NCBI RefSeq assembly: GCF_006345805.1
Contig: NC_042998.1
Coordinates: 146,444,001 to 146,508,000, forward strand
DNA from: Octopus sinensis
Taxonomy: Eukaryota
DNA: 64,000 nucleotides
Direction of reading: 5' to 3'
In this document: piece after piece, positions 63,790 through 64,000 of the stretch
Position numbering within the stretch: position 1 is the first letter of the stretch
Layout: every line of letters begins with the position of its first letter
The notes under the pieces: model-generated
Told to the model about the DNA's origin: nothing
The model's database searches: none
The model's input: only the letters and a program-made list of their open reading frames with translations
Made by a program: the position numbers and the translations under genes

Positions 63790-64000
63790 GTTTACCTTCG
63801 AAGATGATTTGCATAAAACTTTAGGATTGTCAGATTACCAAAAGAAGGAAAATGGAATATGGACTCAAAGATATTTTACTGTCTTTCAGTAAGATTTAAC
63901 TTCTGAAAGATTCTTATCTTCAAATGGATTTATCTCCAAAGATTGAATATACTATTATAGAAGACGATTCTTTCCAAAATTTGGAAGTTGATTATGAAAT
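63790..64000 (+). CDS. Possible start of an exon of another gene (5' UTR then ATG at 63924, MDLSPKIEYTIIEDDSFQNLEVDYE..., running off the window)
   Basis: T-rich intron-like sequence ends TTCCAG|G; the frame is open from the ATG to the window end (only 25 codons). Confidence 0.35.

Overview
This is AT-rich, intron-containing animal genomic DNA, not a prokaryotic locus. The SINE, RTE-LINE and microsatellite landscape resembles coleoid cephalopod (Octopus-like) genomes; that assignment is inferred from recalled repeat families, not from a search. Most of the window is transposable elements: RTE LINEs (one family with a PHD finger inside the RT), a rearranged Penelope-like element with an intact hammerhead ribozyme, a Gypsy provirus with reciprocally truncated LTRs, a solo LTR, pogo, DD37D/mariner, hAT and piggyBac-type DNA transposons or MITEs, two Helitron-like elements, many tRNA-derived SINEs and long microsatellites. 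The only convincing host coding region is a ~5 kb intronless reading frame (21830-26853, one frameshift near 23000) encoding about six tandem NHL-like beta-propeller modules. A second coding exon may begin at the right edge. The most interesting signals are: the six-propeller protein; head-to-head hammerhead pairs in palindromic Penelope remnants; an ORF1-only CCHC element with a divergent homolog inside the adjacent Helitron; the split-LTR Gypsy; and a miRNA-like intronic hairpin.
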